Part shown: one piece after another, positions 7,313 to 15,316 of the stretch
How positions within the stretch are numbered: position 1 is the first letter of the stretch
Layout: each line of letters begins with the position of its first letter
Source of the DNA: Thermofilaceae archaeon
Lineage (GTDB): Archaea > Thermoproteota > Thermoprotei > Thermofilales > Thermofilaceae
Reading direction: 5' to 3'
Assembly: GCA_027017025.1 (NCBI GenBank)
Contig: JALURH010000142.1
Coordinates: 1-27,548, forward strand
Length of the DNA stretch: 27,548 nt
Notes under the pieces: generated by a model
Seen by the model: only the letters and a program-made list of their open reading frames with translations
What the model was told of the DNA's origin: nothing
Database searches by the model: none
Position numbers and translations under genes: made by a program

Positions 7313-8047
7313 CTATTTCCGTGCTTCGTTATCCACACCCAATTTTAATACTTCTCCCATTCTCCTATACGATAGGATTATGGTTTCTGGATATTTTCCT
7401 TGAAGTTCTTCCTTAAATTTCTCAGATAAGAGAGAGTTGCCCCAGAGGTGGATAGGTATAGCATATCTTGGACGTATATGTAAGATAAAGTCTTCTGCTC
7501 CACCCCAGCCTGGGAGTTCTGGCTCAGCAACTATAAATGCAACATGTATCTTCTCTCTCATAATGATTGTTAACTCCTCCCAGAATACCTTTTCTACCTC
7601 AAACCTGATTTCCTCCGGCAGTGTAGGCCATAACCATTTAGCGTAGTCGCCCGAGTGGAACACCGATTTATCCCCTATGTTGACTAGATATGCTACGCCT
7701 TGATCCGTACTCCTATATGTTTTAATAACTAGGTCTTTGAATCGATAAGTCTTCCTCGGCTCTACGACTAGTATATTGTTTTGAGACCTATAGCCTGTAT
7801 CAACTGAAACTATAGTATATGTTTCTATACTCCCCAGATCTTTACCTATAATTTCTGGATTAAAGTGATCATAGTGACTATGTGAGAATAAAATAAAGAG
7901 CTTCCTATTGATGGAGTACCTTCTTACTATTTCATCAGCTTTATAAGACAATTCTCCCAGGAAATTGTAGGATGGGTAATCGAAAAGTAAGGAGTATTCG
8001 CCCGTAACTATTAGGAAACAGCTATGTGCAATATATACTGCCTCCAT
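7313..8047 (-). CDS. MBL-fold metallo-hydrolase (UlaG/beta-lactamase superfamily II-like)
   Basis: HSCFLI, SHSHYDH (HxHxDH), STDQGVAYLV, FHSGD and IPIHLW motifs. Confidence 0.9.
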   Translation of the reverse strand: MEAVYIAHSCFLIVTGEYSLLFDYPSYNFLGELSYKADEIVRRYSINRKLFILFSHSHYDHFNPEIIGKDLGSIETYTIVSVDTGYRSQNNILVVEPRKTYRFKDLVIKTYRSTDQGVAYLVNIGDKSVFHSGDYAKWLWPTLPEEIRFEVEKVFWEELTIIMREKIHVAFIVAEPELPGWGGAEDFILHIRPRYAIPIHLWGNSLLSEKFKEELQGKYPETIILSYRRMGEVLKLGVDNEARK

Positions 8048-8057
8048 GGTAATTATC

Positions 8058-8552
8058 CTACGTAGACACTTTATATTCTTGGAGTAGTATTTTTGTAGTC
8101 TCCTTAGCGGTATCTAAAATCACACACGTAAGTGTTTTCTCCACACCCTCTATCATCCTAAGCTTATCAACAACGAATTTCCCAAGCTCATCTACATCCC
8201 TTACCCTCACTTTCAGTATTATATCCCAGTTACCAGTAACTATATGAGCCTCCTGCACCTCTGGAAGCATAGCTATCTTCTTAACAACTTCTCTCTGAGT
8301 TATTTTCTTCCTTTCACCTACCTCGTAGGAGAAAGATACAAGTATGAAGGCAGAAGTCTTTAATCCAAGCTTCTTATAGTCGAGTATTGCCCTATAAGCT
8401 TTAATTAACCCAAGTTTCTCGAGTCTCTTTACCTTAGCATAGACCGTCGTTATTGGTGCATGAACTCTCTTAGCAAGTTTTTTAATGGTTATCTTACAGT
8501 TCTCCTGGAGCTCATCCAGTATTTGTAAATCTTTTTCATCAAGCATAGTCAC
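8058..8552 (-). CDS. Lrp/AsnC family transcriptional regulator
   Basis: LDEKDLQILDELQENCK N-terminal HTH, RVKRLEKLGLIKAY, RAM domain with VTGNWDIIL; start GTG 8552 or ATG 8546. Confidence 0.95.
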   Translation of the reverse strand: MTMLDEKDLQILDELQENCKITIKKLAKRVHAPITTVYAKVKRLEKLGLIKAYRAILDYKKLGLKTSAFILVSFSYEVGERKKITQREVVKKIAMLPEVQEAHIVTGNWDIILKVRVRDVDELGKFVVDKLRMIEGVEKTLTCVILDTAKETTKILLQEYKVST

Positions 8553-8557
8553 TCATG

Positions 8558-8571
8558 TAAAATATTCATAG
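8558..8571. promoter_or_regulatory. Candidate Lrp operator, site 1 (TAAAATATTCATAG)
   Basis: Exact reverse complement of 8661-8674; lies 5 nt upstream of the lrp GTG start. Confidence 0.6.
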
Positions 8572-8660
8572 CTTCTATTAAGTATTATGATTATATTTGC
8601 TGGGAAGGAAGTATCCCCAAATATTGTCCCGTGAAAAGGATATAACCAAAACAAGAAGAT

Positions 8661-8674
8661 CTATGAATATTTTA
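8661..8674. promoter_or_regulatory. Candidate Lrp operator, site 2 (CTATGAATATTTTA)
   Basis: Exact reverse complement of 8558-8571; within imperfect palindrome CTATGAATATTTTATAG; about 60 nt upstream of the asparagine synthetase TATA box. Confidence 0.6.
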
Positions 8675-8727
8675 TAGAGGTAGGGTATGTTAACACTCAT
8701 TTTTTGTATTATATACTAGAGGCAGTA

Positions 8728-8744
8728 GAGAAAAAATTATATTA
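8728..8744 (+). promoter_or_regulatory. BRE + TATA box for asparagine synthetase (probably leaderless mRNA)
   Basis: GAGAAAAAA followed by TTATATTA centred about 26 nt before ATG 8766; no SD. Confidence 0.6.
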
Positions 8745-8765
8745 GCTTATTAGGAAATCTTAGAT

Positions 8766-9710
8766 ATGCTTAGCCAGCTTGAGGATGTTGTTAGTTATCT
8801 AAAGCGAGAGGATTTGTTACCAATACTGAGGATACAGACCACAGTCATTAAGGCTATAGAAGACTTTATGGTTTCTAGAGGATTCGTCCAGTTAATGCCT
8901 GTAATAACATCTAGGTTTACAGACCCCCTTGGGCCAGACCCAGGTAGCTCTGTTATAGCATTACCTAAGATAAAGTACTATGATGAAGAATTAGTCTTAA
9001 CTCAAAGCATGATTCTACATAAACAGCTTGCCTTGTTAACTGGTGCTGAGAAGATATTCATTATGTCGCCTAACGTTAGGCTAGAGAATAGGGCTAGGAG
9101 AAGTAGTGGTAAACACCTATTTGAGTTTACACAAATGGATTTTGAGATTGCGTACGGGACAATGGAGGACGTTATGTCTCTTACAGAGGACCTGGTTAGG
9201 GAGGTTATCTCAAGAGTAGTAAAGGAAAGAAGGGAGGAGCTAGAGCTCCTAGGTAGGAAACTAGAGGTTCCGCCTAAGCCATTCAAGGTCTATACAACGC
9301 ATGAGCTAGAAGAGATGTATGGTAAAGATTGGGAGACCGCTGCTTCTCTCGACCATAAGTATCCATTCTGGGCTGTATGCTTTAAGAGAGAATTCTATGA
9401 TCGCGAAGACCCTGAGAGACCTGGGCACTACAGGAACTATGACTTGATATATCCTGAGGGCTTTGGAGAGGGATTATCTGGCGGCGAGAGAGAATGGGAG
9501 TATGATAGAATTACTATGAGGATTAAGAAAGATGGTTTAGATCCAAGTAGATACAGGGAGTATTTAGAGGTTGCTAGAAGAGGTTTACTTATCCCTAGTG
9601 CTGGCGCAGGTATAGGTATAGAGAGGTTAGTTAGGTTTATTGCAGGTACAAGGCATGTAGGTGATGTACAACCGTTTAGGAGAGTCCCGGGGGAGCCAGT
9701 TATCCTGTAG
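8766..9710 (+). CDS. asnA: Archaeal asparagine synthetase A (AS-AR; AsnRS/AspRS catalytic-core paralogue lacking the anticodon domain)
   Basis: Class II synthetase motifs LTQSMILHKQ, SPNVRLE...HLFEFTQMDFE, REFYDRE, LSGGERE, GAGIGIERL; only 314 aa with no OB-fold. Confidence 0.92.
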   Translation: MLSQLEDVVSYLKREDLLPILRIQTTVIKAIEDFMVSRGFVQLMPVITSRFTDPLGPDPGSSVIALPKIKYYDEELVLTQSMILHKQLALLTGAEKIFIMSPNVRLENRARRSSGKHLFEFTQMDFEIAYGTMEDVMSLTEDLVREVISRVVKERREELELLGRKLEVPPKPFKVYTTHELEEMYGKDWETAASLDHKYPFWAVCFKREFYDREDPERPGHYRNYDLIYPEGFGEGLSGGEREWEYDRITMRIKKDGLDPSRYREYLEVARRGLLIPSAGAGIGIERLVRFIAGTRHVGDVQPFRRVPGEPVIL

Positions 9711-9739
9711 CCCTTAATAAAGTATTTTTGTATCTCTCA

Positions 9740-10894
9740 TTAATGTTTCCCCTCATAGTATTTAAGCAGAGATACTAGGGAAGCAAAGATTAAGAGAGCT
9801 ATCGCCAACATAATATATGTTAAGCCATAGCCATAGTGCTCTGCTATGTATCCGGCTAGTATTGGTCCAGCCATCCAACCAAAGTTCTGGACTATACTTA
9901 TTGTTCCAAACGCTATACCATAGTTCTCTTTAGCAAAAATTTTAGAGATATAAGCGCTTCGTGGAGGAGCAGCCATAAGTGAGCCGTGCAGTACCACAAG
10001 TAACGCTATTGCTAGAGGATCCTTTACGAATATGAGTAATAGGAGAGCAGTAGCCCGAATTACTCCTACACTTATTAGTAGATTTAGGTCTCCCAGCTTA
10101 TCGGCTAGTGTCCCAGAATATATCCTCGAGAACATTGCCACAATATTCCTGGCTGTTAAAATAACCCCTAGGGTTATATAACTATATTTAAGTTCCTGTA
10201 TCACCCAGTACGATAGTATTGGTACAAATGCTGATACGGAAATGAAGAGGAAGAATGTTGCTGCTATAAGTATTAAAAACTCCCTGCTAAAGATGGTTCT
10301 CCTCTCCACTCTTTCTCCCCCTACCTTCTCCCCAACCCTTATCCTAGACATCGCTAAGAGACCTATAGAAGAAAGTATAGCTCCGGTAATGAAGACTATT
10401 CTTACACCTAAGTTATCAGCTATATATCCAGTAAATGCTGGGGAAATAACTGTTGGCATCATTCTAACAGTTAGGATTACGCCGAAGAGAGTAGCTGTGA
10501 GACTAGTTTCACTAGCGATAGTTGCTGTAGCTGACAGGAGGGTTGGTGTTTCAATACCTCTAGCTAGAGCATAGGTTACTAACCCTAGAGCTAAAACAAC
10601 CAGGTTATTTGCTGCGAAGAGCACTATAAATGATAGGGTTGTCGCCCCTAAGCTTAGAAGAAAAACTATTCTCTCCCCCATTTTATCTCTAATGTAGCCA
10701 CCTAGTATGCTGGAGAGAGCTCTGAAGAACGCCATAAGCGAGTATACTATACCTACCGTGAATACTGTGCCACCGAGATAGGCTATGTATGAAGGAATAA
10801 TAACGTTGATGTTAATTAAACTAGCTAAGGCTAGGATTAGAGAGACTGATGCTAACCAGCTTACCCCTCTCGGTAGCTTCCTGCTAAGCATCAT
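9740..10894 (-). CDS. MFS transporter
   Basis: About 12 hydrophobic segments; GYIRDKMGER and GTLADKLGD motif-A repeats. Start likely at MMLSRK (10894). Confidence 0.92.
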   Translation of the reverse strand: MMLSRKLPRGVSWLASVSLILALASLININVIIPSYIAYLGGTVFTVGIVYSLMAFFRALSSILGGYIRDKMGERIVFLLSLGATTLSFIVLFAANNLVVLALGLVTYALARGIETPTLLSATATIASETSLTATLFGVILTVRMMPTVISPAFTGYIADNLGVRIVFITGAILSSIGLLAMSRIRVGEKVGGERVERRTIFSREFLILIAATFFLFISVSAFVPILSYWVIQELKYSYITLGVILTARNIVAMFSRIYSGTLADKLGDLNLLISVGVIRATALLLLIFVKDPLAIALLVVLHGSLMAAPPRSAYISKIFAKENYGIAFGTISIVQNFGWMAGPILAGYIAEHYGYGLTYIMLAIALLIFASLVSLLKYYEGKH

Positions 10895-11000
10895 TGAAGC
10901 GTTATCCAAATATAGCACAGGTATTTCTACTTTCGGTTTAAAGATATTTCATCTTTTTTCATACTAAACTTGTTATATACCTCTTTGGTTATAGTTACTC

Positions 11001-12383
11001 GTGAGTAGAAGAGACTTAGTTACCTCCTCTACACTATGTATAGCCGCCACAGTATTCTACTTATGGGTGCTCCTCAAGCCACCGCTTATTCCTGGAATCG
11101 ACGGCCCCTACTACCTTATACAGGTTGAAGCAATATTGGCTGGAAAGGGTATGGTTTATGGGGATCCACCACTAGTATTCTATGTAGCCTCTCTATTGGC
11201 TTTCATATTTGGAGATACAAGACTAGGGGTTAGCGTAGCTGTAGCGTTTTTCTGCGGGTTATCTAGTGTGCCTACCTACCTCCTAGCCAAGAAAATAACC
11301 GGGAACGAGGTAGCTGCAGTAGCTTCGGCTATAGTAGTATCTTTCTCGCCACAAATGGTTAGGATGGCTAGTGATTTGATGAAAAATGCTTCAGGGGTTT
11401 GCTTCCTGATGTTATCGATTTATTTCCTACATATCTCAGTCATAGATAAATCATTTAGGCATGCTATTATAGCTACTATCACTAGCTACCTAGCGTTCCT
11501 AACACACTCACTAGATTTCGCTTATACATTGCTGTATATTTTCTCTTATCTTATCATAGGACTCATAGTAGTTAAGGAGAAGAAGAAATTTCTTGGTGTA
11601 TGGTCTATAATCCCCCTCGTACTAGGTATTGTTGTAGGGATCTCAGCTTCCCTGTTTCCATGGCATTTCTCCGATATACATAAGGGTGTAGCATTCGTTA
11701 AAGATATACTCTTCCCCACAAGCGTTTCTAGGGGTAAGAGGGGGCCTGGGGGACCGCCTTCACCCATTCTTTCGCCAAGTTTTATGAGCGTTGGATACTC
11801 CATTCCATTTATTGTAGCTGGAATATTCCTCTTCGTCGATTCGTTCCCGGGCGAGAGGAAAAGGTTGAAGAAGGGTGAAACATTTATTATATTTGCTTCT
11901 ATAATTGGGGGCTTACTCGGTATTCTCCCAGCTCTACTTGGTTTACGTGAGTGGGCATGGAGATTTATGTTGATGGAGCATGTACCAGTAGGTATCCTCG
12001 CTGGAGTAATAGTTTCGAGAATAAAATCTAGGTACTCTGCAGCTGCACTAGCCGTAGTAATAATTATACCTATATTGGCTCAAACACTCCAAGTAGCTGA
12101 GTCTGTTAGACCAAGTATACCCTACGAGGGTTACCTTGATTTATTGGAGATAAAGGATATTATAGGCTACGGCTCCCCCTACGTTCCTAGATGTAGATTT
12201 AGTAGATACTGGTTCGAGTATATACTTGGTAGAAGAGAAATCAGTAAACCCAGGTATCTCCTTTACTGTCCCTACAATAAATACAAGAAGATGTTACAGC
12301 CCCCTTCTCCATCGCCACCTCCGGGTTCACGCCTCCTATTTAGAGGTAAGGTGGTTTGGCTATATGAACTGGGGGGAATGTAG
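11001..12383 (+). CDS. GT-C fold membrane glycosyltransferase (ArnT/PMT, GT39-like)
   Basis: First TM followed by GIDGPYYL acidic loop, YGDPPLVFY, PTYLLAKKI, about 11-12 TM segments and a short soluble C-terminus. Confidence 0.75.
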   Translation: MSRRDLVTSSTLCIAATVFYLWVLLKPPLIPGIDGPYYLIQVEAILAGKGMVYGDPPLVFYVASLLAFIFGDTRLGVSVAVAFFCGLSSVPTYLLAKKITGNEVAAVASAIVVSFSPQMVRMASDLMKNASGVCFLMLSIYFLHISVIDKSFRHAIIATITSYLAFLTHSLDFAYTLLYIFSYLIIGLIVVKEKKKFLGVWSIIPLVLGIVVGISASLFPWHFSDIHKGVAFVKDILFPTSVSRGKRGPGGPPSPILSPSFMSVGYSIPFIVAGIFLFVDSFPGERKRLKKGETFIIFASIIGGLLGILPALLGLREWAWRFMLMEHVPVGILAGVIVSRIKSRYSAAALAVVIIIPILAQTLQVAESVRPSIPYEGYLDLLEIKDIIGYGSPYVPRCRFSRYWFEYILGRREISKPRYLLYCPYNKYKKMLQPPSPSPPPGSRLLFRGKVVWLYELGGM

Positions 12384-12393
12384 GGAGTTCAGG

Positions 12394-13041
12394 TCATCTT
12401 TCTTCACCAAATATGAGTTTATAGTGTTTCCTTATAGCTTCGCTACGTGTTAACCCTTGTTCCATAAGTTTTCTTATCTCCTTCTCAAGTAGTTTCCGCC
12501 CACTATAAGAGCCCCAGAAGCTCTCATATCTCTCGCGGAGTAAATTATACATCTCTATCTCTTCTTGAAGTTCCTCCTTCAGTATTTTGATACTATCGTC
12601 AACTTTTGATAACTCCATTAAAAAGGTGTTTATGTTTTTACCAGCTTCTCCACCTCGCTCAACTAGCATGTAATGTTTGTCTCCATGGTATATGATAGCA
12701 ACCGTTTCTTTCTCTTTGAGGAAAGCGAATATCATACCCACTATTAAGGAAAAAAGGGACAATATAGCGGTAAAAGTTATCTGCGCTGAATACGTTACTC
12801 TTATATCTGCAGGTAATCTGAGGACATTTAATATCGTAGTGGATGCCATTATTAAACCAATTATGATTGCTATTGGAGAGAGATTTGTTAATATATGGGG
12901 CTTCTCTCTAAAAGCTATACATGAATAAGAATTCTCCTGTACCATCCACCCCCTAAGGATAAAAAACTTCTGAAAACTGACAAATATATCGCTACGTGTA
13001 AGAGATGATTCTATTCGAAGCTCCTCGATTTTTCCAGCCAT
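12394..13041 (-). CDS. Hypothetical membrane protein (2 TM, helical C-terminus)
   Basis: 215-aa ORF filling the gap; two hydrophobic segments; coiled C-terminus LEKEIRKLMEQGLTRSEAIRK. Confidence 0.75.
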   Translation of the reverse strand: MAGKIEELRIESSLTRSDIFVSFQKFFILRGWMVQENSYSCIAFREKPHILTNLSPIAIIIGLIMASTTILNVLRLPADIRVTYSAQITFTAILSLFSLIVGMIFAFLKEKETVAIIYHGDKHYMLVERGGEAGKNINTFLMELSKVDDSIKILKEELQEEIEMYNLLRERYESFWGSYSGRKLLEKEIRKLMEQGLTRSEAIRKHYKLIFGEER

Positions 13042-13119
13042 TATATTACTAATATCATTTCTAAATGTTTAAAATTTCCATGATTAACTAAGTATATTTA
13101 CCTAGGGCAAAGCTATGGG

Positions 13120-13875
13120 CTAAATATATTCCCCAGGTATATTATCTGGCTCAAAAGCTTTTTTAGGCCAGATACCAGCTTTCCTTAACTGTTCAACAAC
13201 ATGCGGGTATAGGAAAACATATTCTTCCTCTAACTCCTCCACCATTTCCCTATCCACATCATTTAAGCGAGTAACCAGGTAATCTATCCCCTTCCTGCTA
13301 CTGAAGGATAACATTACTGCTGGATGAACAGAAACTCCATAATCCAGGAGGTTTCTAAGAGATTGTAGTTGTAGCTCAAATGCCTCGGGTATAGCTCCAG
13401 TTAGCTTCGAGAATTCCTCAGGCGTCGCCCCCTTAATAGAAACCCTTACGTGTAGATTTCTAAATTTTGAGAGGGCTTTAGCATATGTTTTATCATAGCC
13501 TATGAGTATACCGTTTGTCTCCAAAATAAATGTATAATTAGTGTATTCGATGAATTCCAGCAAGGAGAGTAAATGATCTCTACTTATTGTTGGCTCATTA
13601 CCACTAATCCTGAGGAACCTATATCTCCGTTTCCTAGCTATCTTATCCAGCCTCCTAAAGACTTGGCTAGGAGTATAGAATCTCCCCTTCCTAGCTGGAT
13701 TATCCCTAGCGTAGCTCCCCCAACAGAAAACACACCTAAGGTTGCATCCAACACAGTCAGCCGTAGCTATACCGCCGTACCATCTACCTCCCCTAAACCT
13801 ATAATACTTTCTCTGGCTTCCAGATATTACTAGTCTCTGGATAGATTTCGAGAGAAGTACTGGGTCGTACACCAT
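13120..13875 (-). CDS. Radical SAM protein (COG5014-like, MoaA-related, function unknown)
   Basis: CVGCNLRCVFCW contains CxxxCxxC; RISGNEPT and ILETNG motifs; RKYYRFR...YGGIATAD N-terminus. Confidence 0.9.
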   Translation of the reverse strand: MVYDPVLLSKSIQRLVISGSQRKYYRFRGGRWYGGIATADCVGCNLRCVFCWGSYARDNPARKGRFYTPSQVFRRLDKIARKRRYRFLRISGNEPTISRDHLLSLLEFIEYTNYTFILETNGILIGYDKTYAKALSKFRNLHVRVSIKGATPEEFSKLTGAIPEAFELQLQSLRNLLDYGVSVHPAVMLSFSSRKGIDYLVTRLNDVDREMVEELEEEYVFLYPHVVEQLRKAGIWPKKAFEPDNIPGEYI

Positions 13876-13937
13876 TATGTCACACTAGATATACCATAGG
13901 GTTCAAGATATAGGTAGCTAGTTATTCGAGGGTAAAA

Positions 13938-14810
13938 CTAGGGAGATTTACTAGTACACATTCCTCTAAGCCTACATTCGCTACATTTCTTCCTCCAACA
14001 AAACAGTTTATCGTGGATATAGAAGACTGTTTGAATCCAACCAGACATCCTCCTATATACAGAGGAAAATATCCTCCTAATGCATATCCTCTCCCTAGGA
14101 CATTGGATACATCTATACTTTAAACAGTATTTTTTCTCGGGCGTAGTGAAACTTAGGTAGAGCCCTAGTTTCTCCAACATCCTCCTAAAGTGTCTATCTA
14201 TAGGTATTGCAGATAAATCCTTACCTGTAAATAATAGATAAGCGTCAGCAGTCTTAGGCCCCACATACTTTATCGATAATAGTTTTCTCCTCAAAATATC
14301 GGCTCCAGAATCTATATATGGCCTCACGCTCTTATCATACTCTAACATAGCGTTTTTTAGTTGCCGTAACTGGAAGCTTCTTCCCATAGCACTTAAATCC
14401 ATCCTCAGTATTTCCCCCCAAGACCTTGCTTTGCTAAATATCTTTCTAGACCACCTAAGAACATTTGTGTGGTAATCAGTGTTTCTACTTAGGTATATTG
14501 GGATAAACATTAGGTCATAGTCATATGGGTTAATAGAAAGCCCTACTCCACTATACATTTCAATTAATCTCTCCGATAAATCATCTACAGCCTTATAGTC
14601 CCTAAACCATACCCCAGTCCAGTAGATAAGTTCCTTATAGCTACATCCTCTACAGAGAACCTCGTTTCCCTCTTGCCATAGGAAAGCCCCCCTAGACCTC
14701 CCAGCTATCTTGACATAACCGTTTCTCCTTTTCCTAAATAGAGATAGAGTAAATGAAGGCATAAGTGTTAATTCGAGACTATAGTTTGGTTGAACCTCAA
14801 CCGACACCAT
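13938..14810 (-). CDS. HhH-GPD superfamily DNA glycosylase/lyase with two Cys4 motifs
   Basis: LLSIKYVGPKTAD helix-hairpin-helix (K186), IPIDRH catalytic Asp (D205), two Cx4Cx2Cx5C motifs. Confidence 0.85.
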   Translation of the reverse strand: MVSVEVQPNYSLELTLMPSFTLSLFRKRRNGYVKIAGRSRGAFLWQEGNEVLCRGCSYKELIYWTGVWFRDYKAVDDLSERLIEMYSGVGLSINPYDYDLMFIPIYLSRNTDYHTNVLRWSRKIFSKARSWGEILRMDLSAMGRSFQLRQLKNAMLEYDKSVRPYIDSGADILRRKLLSIKYVGPKTADAYLLFTGKDLSAIPIDRHFRRMLEKLGLYLSFTTPEKKYCLKYRCIQCPRERICIRRIFSSVYRRMSGWIQTVFYIHDKLFCWRKKCSECRLRGMCTSKSP

Positions 14811-15086
14811 TTCATTTAAATATTAGGGAAATAGAATAAAAAATATTGATATAACTAAAATTAGTTGTCTACTGTAGTATTAGTTAGCTGTCTTACTTTA
14901 GCATTTAAATATGCGTACCAAAACGGAGCTAGCATAACGTGCGTATGTACACCCATTATATCTTTTTTACTTTCTACGGGTTCTGAATTTAAAATAACTT
15001 GAGAGAAGCCCTGGGGTTTTTCAAAGAATTATTGCATAAAGTTTATAAACTGATACTTTAAATATTCTTCCTTAAATTGATTAAAT

Positions 15087-15311
15087 ATGTTTCCTACAGA
15101 TATGTATGTTATAGCCTTATTGCCAGTTATACTGGTTTCCTCTATCCTCGGTTTACATAAAAGGGATATAAGGTTCCTAGATATCTCATCCATCGTATCG
15201 GCCATAGCGGTAATATTAGCTGTTGGTCTCAGGGTAGGTTGGAGCTGGATACTCCTCTCCCCCACTGTAATTGTTTCAGCTATAGCTAGGATAGTTTATT
15301 TCCGAGGGTAG
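15087..15311 (+). CDS. Small hypothetical membrane protein (about 3 TM)
   Basis: 74-aa hydrophobic ORF ending 5 nt before the next gene; AT-rich TATA-like sequence upstream. Confidence 0.6.
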   Translation: MFPTDMYVIALLPVILVSSILGLHKRDIRFLDISSIVSAIAVILAVGLRVGWSWILLSPTVIVSAIARIVYFRG

Positions 15312-15316
15312 AGATT

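Noticed and set aside
8766-9710. Possible asparaginyl- or aspartyl-tRNA synthetase
   Set aside because: Lacks the N-terminal anticodon-binding domain; size and motifs fit AS-AR.
14860-14965. 31-aa minus-strand ORF MGVHTHVMLAPFWY
   Set aside because: Too short, with no SD or homology evidence.
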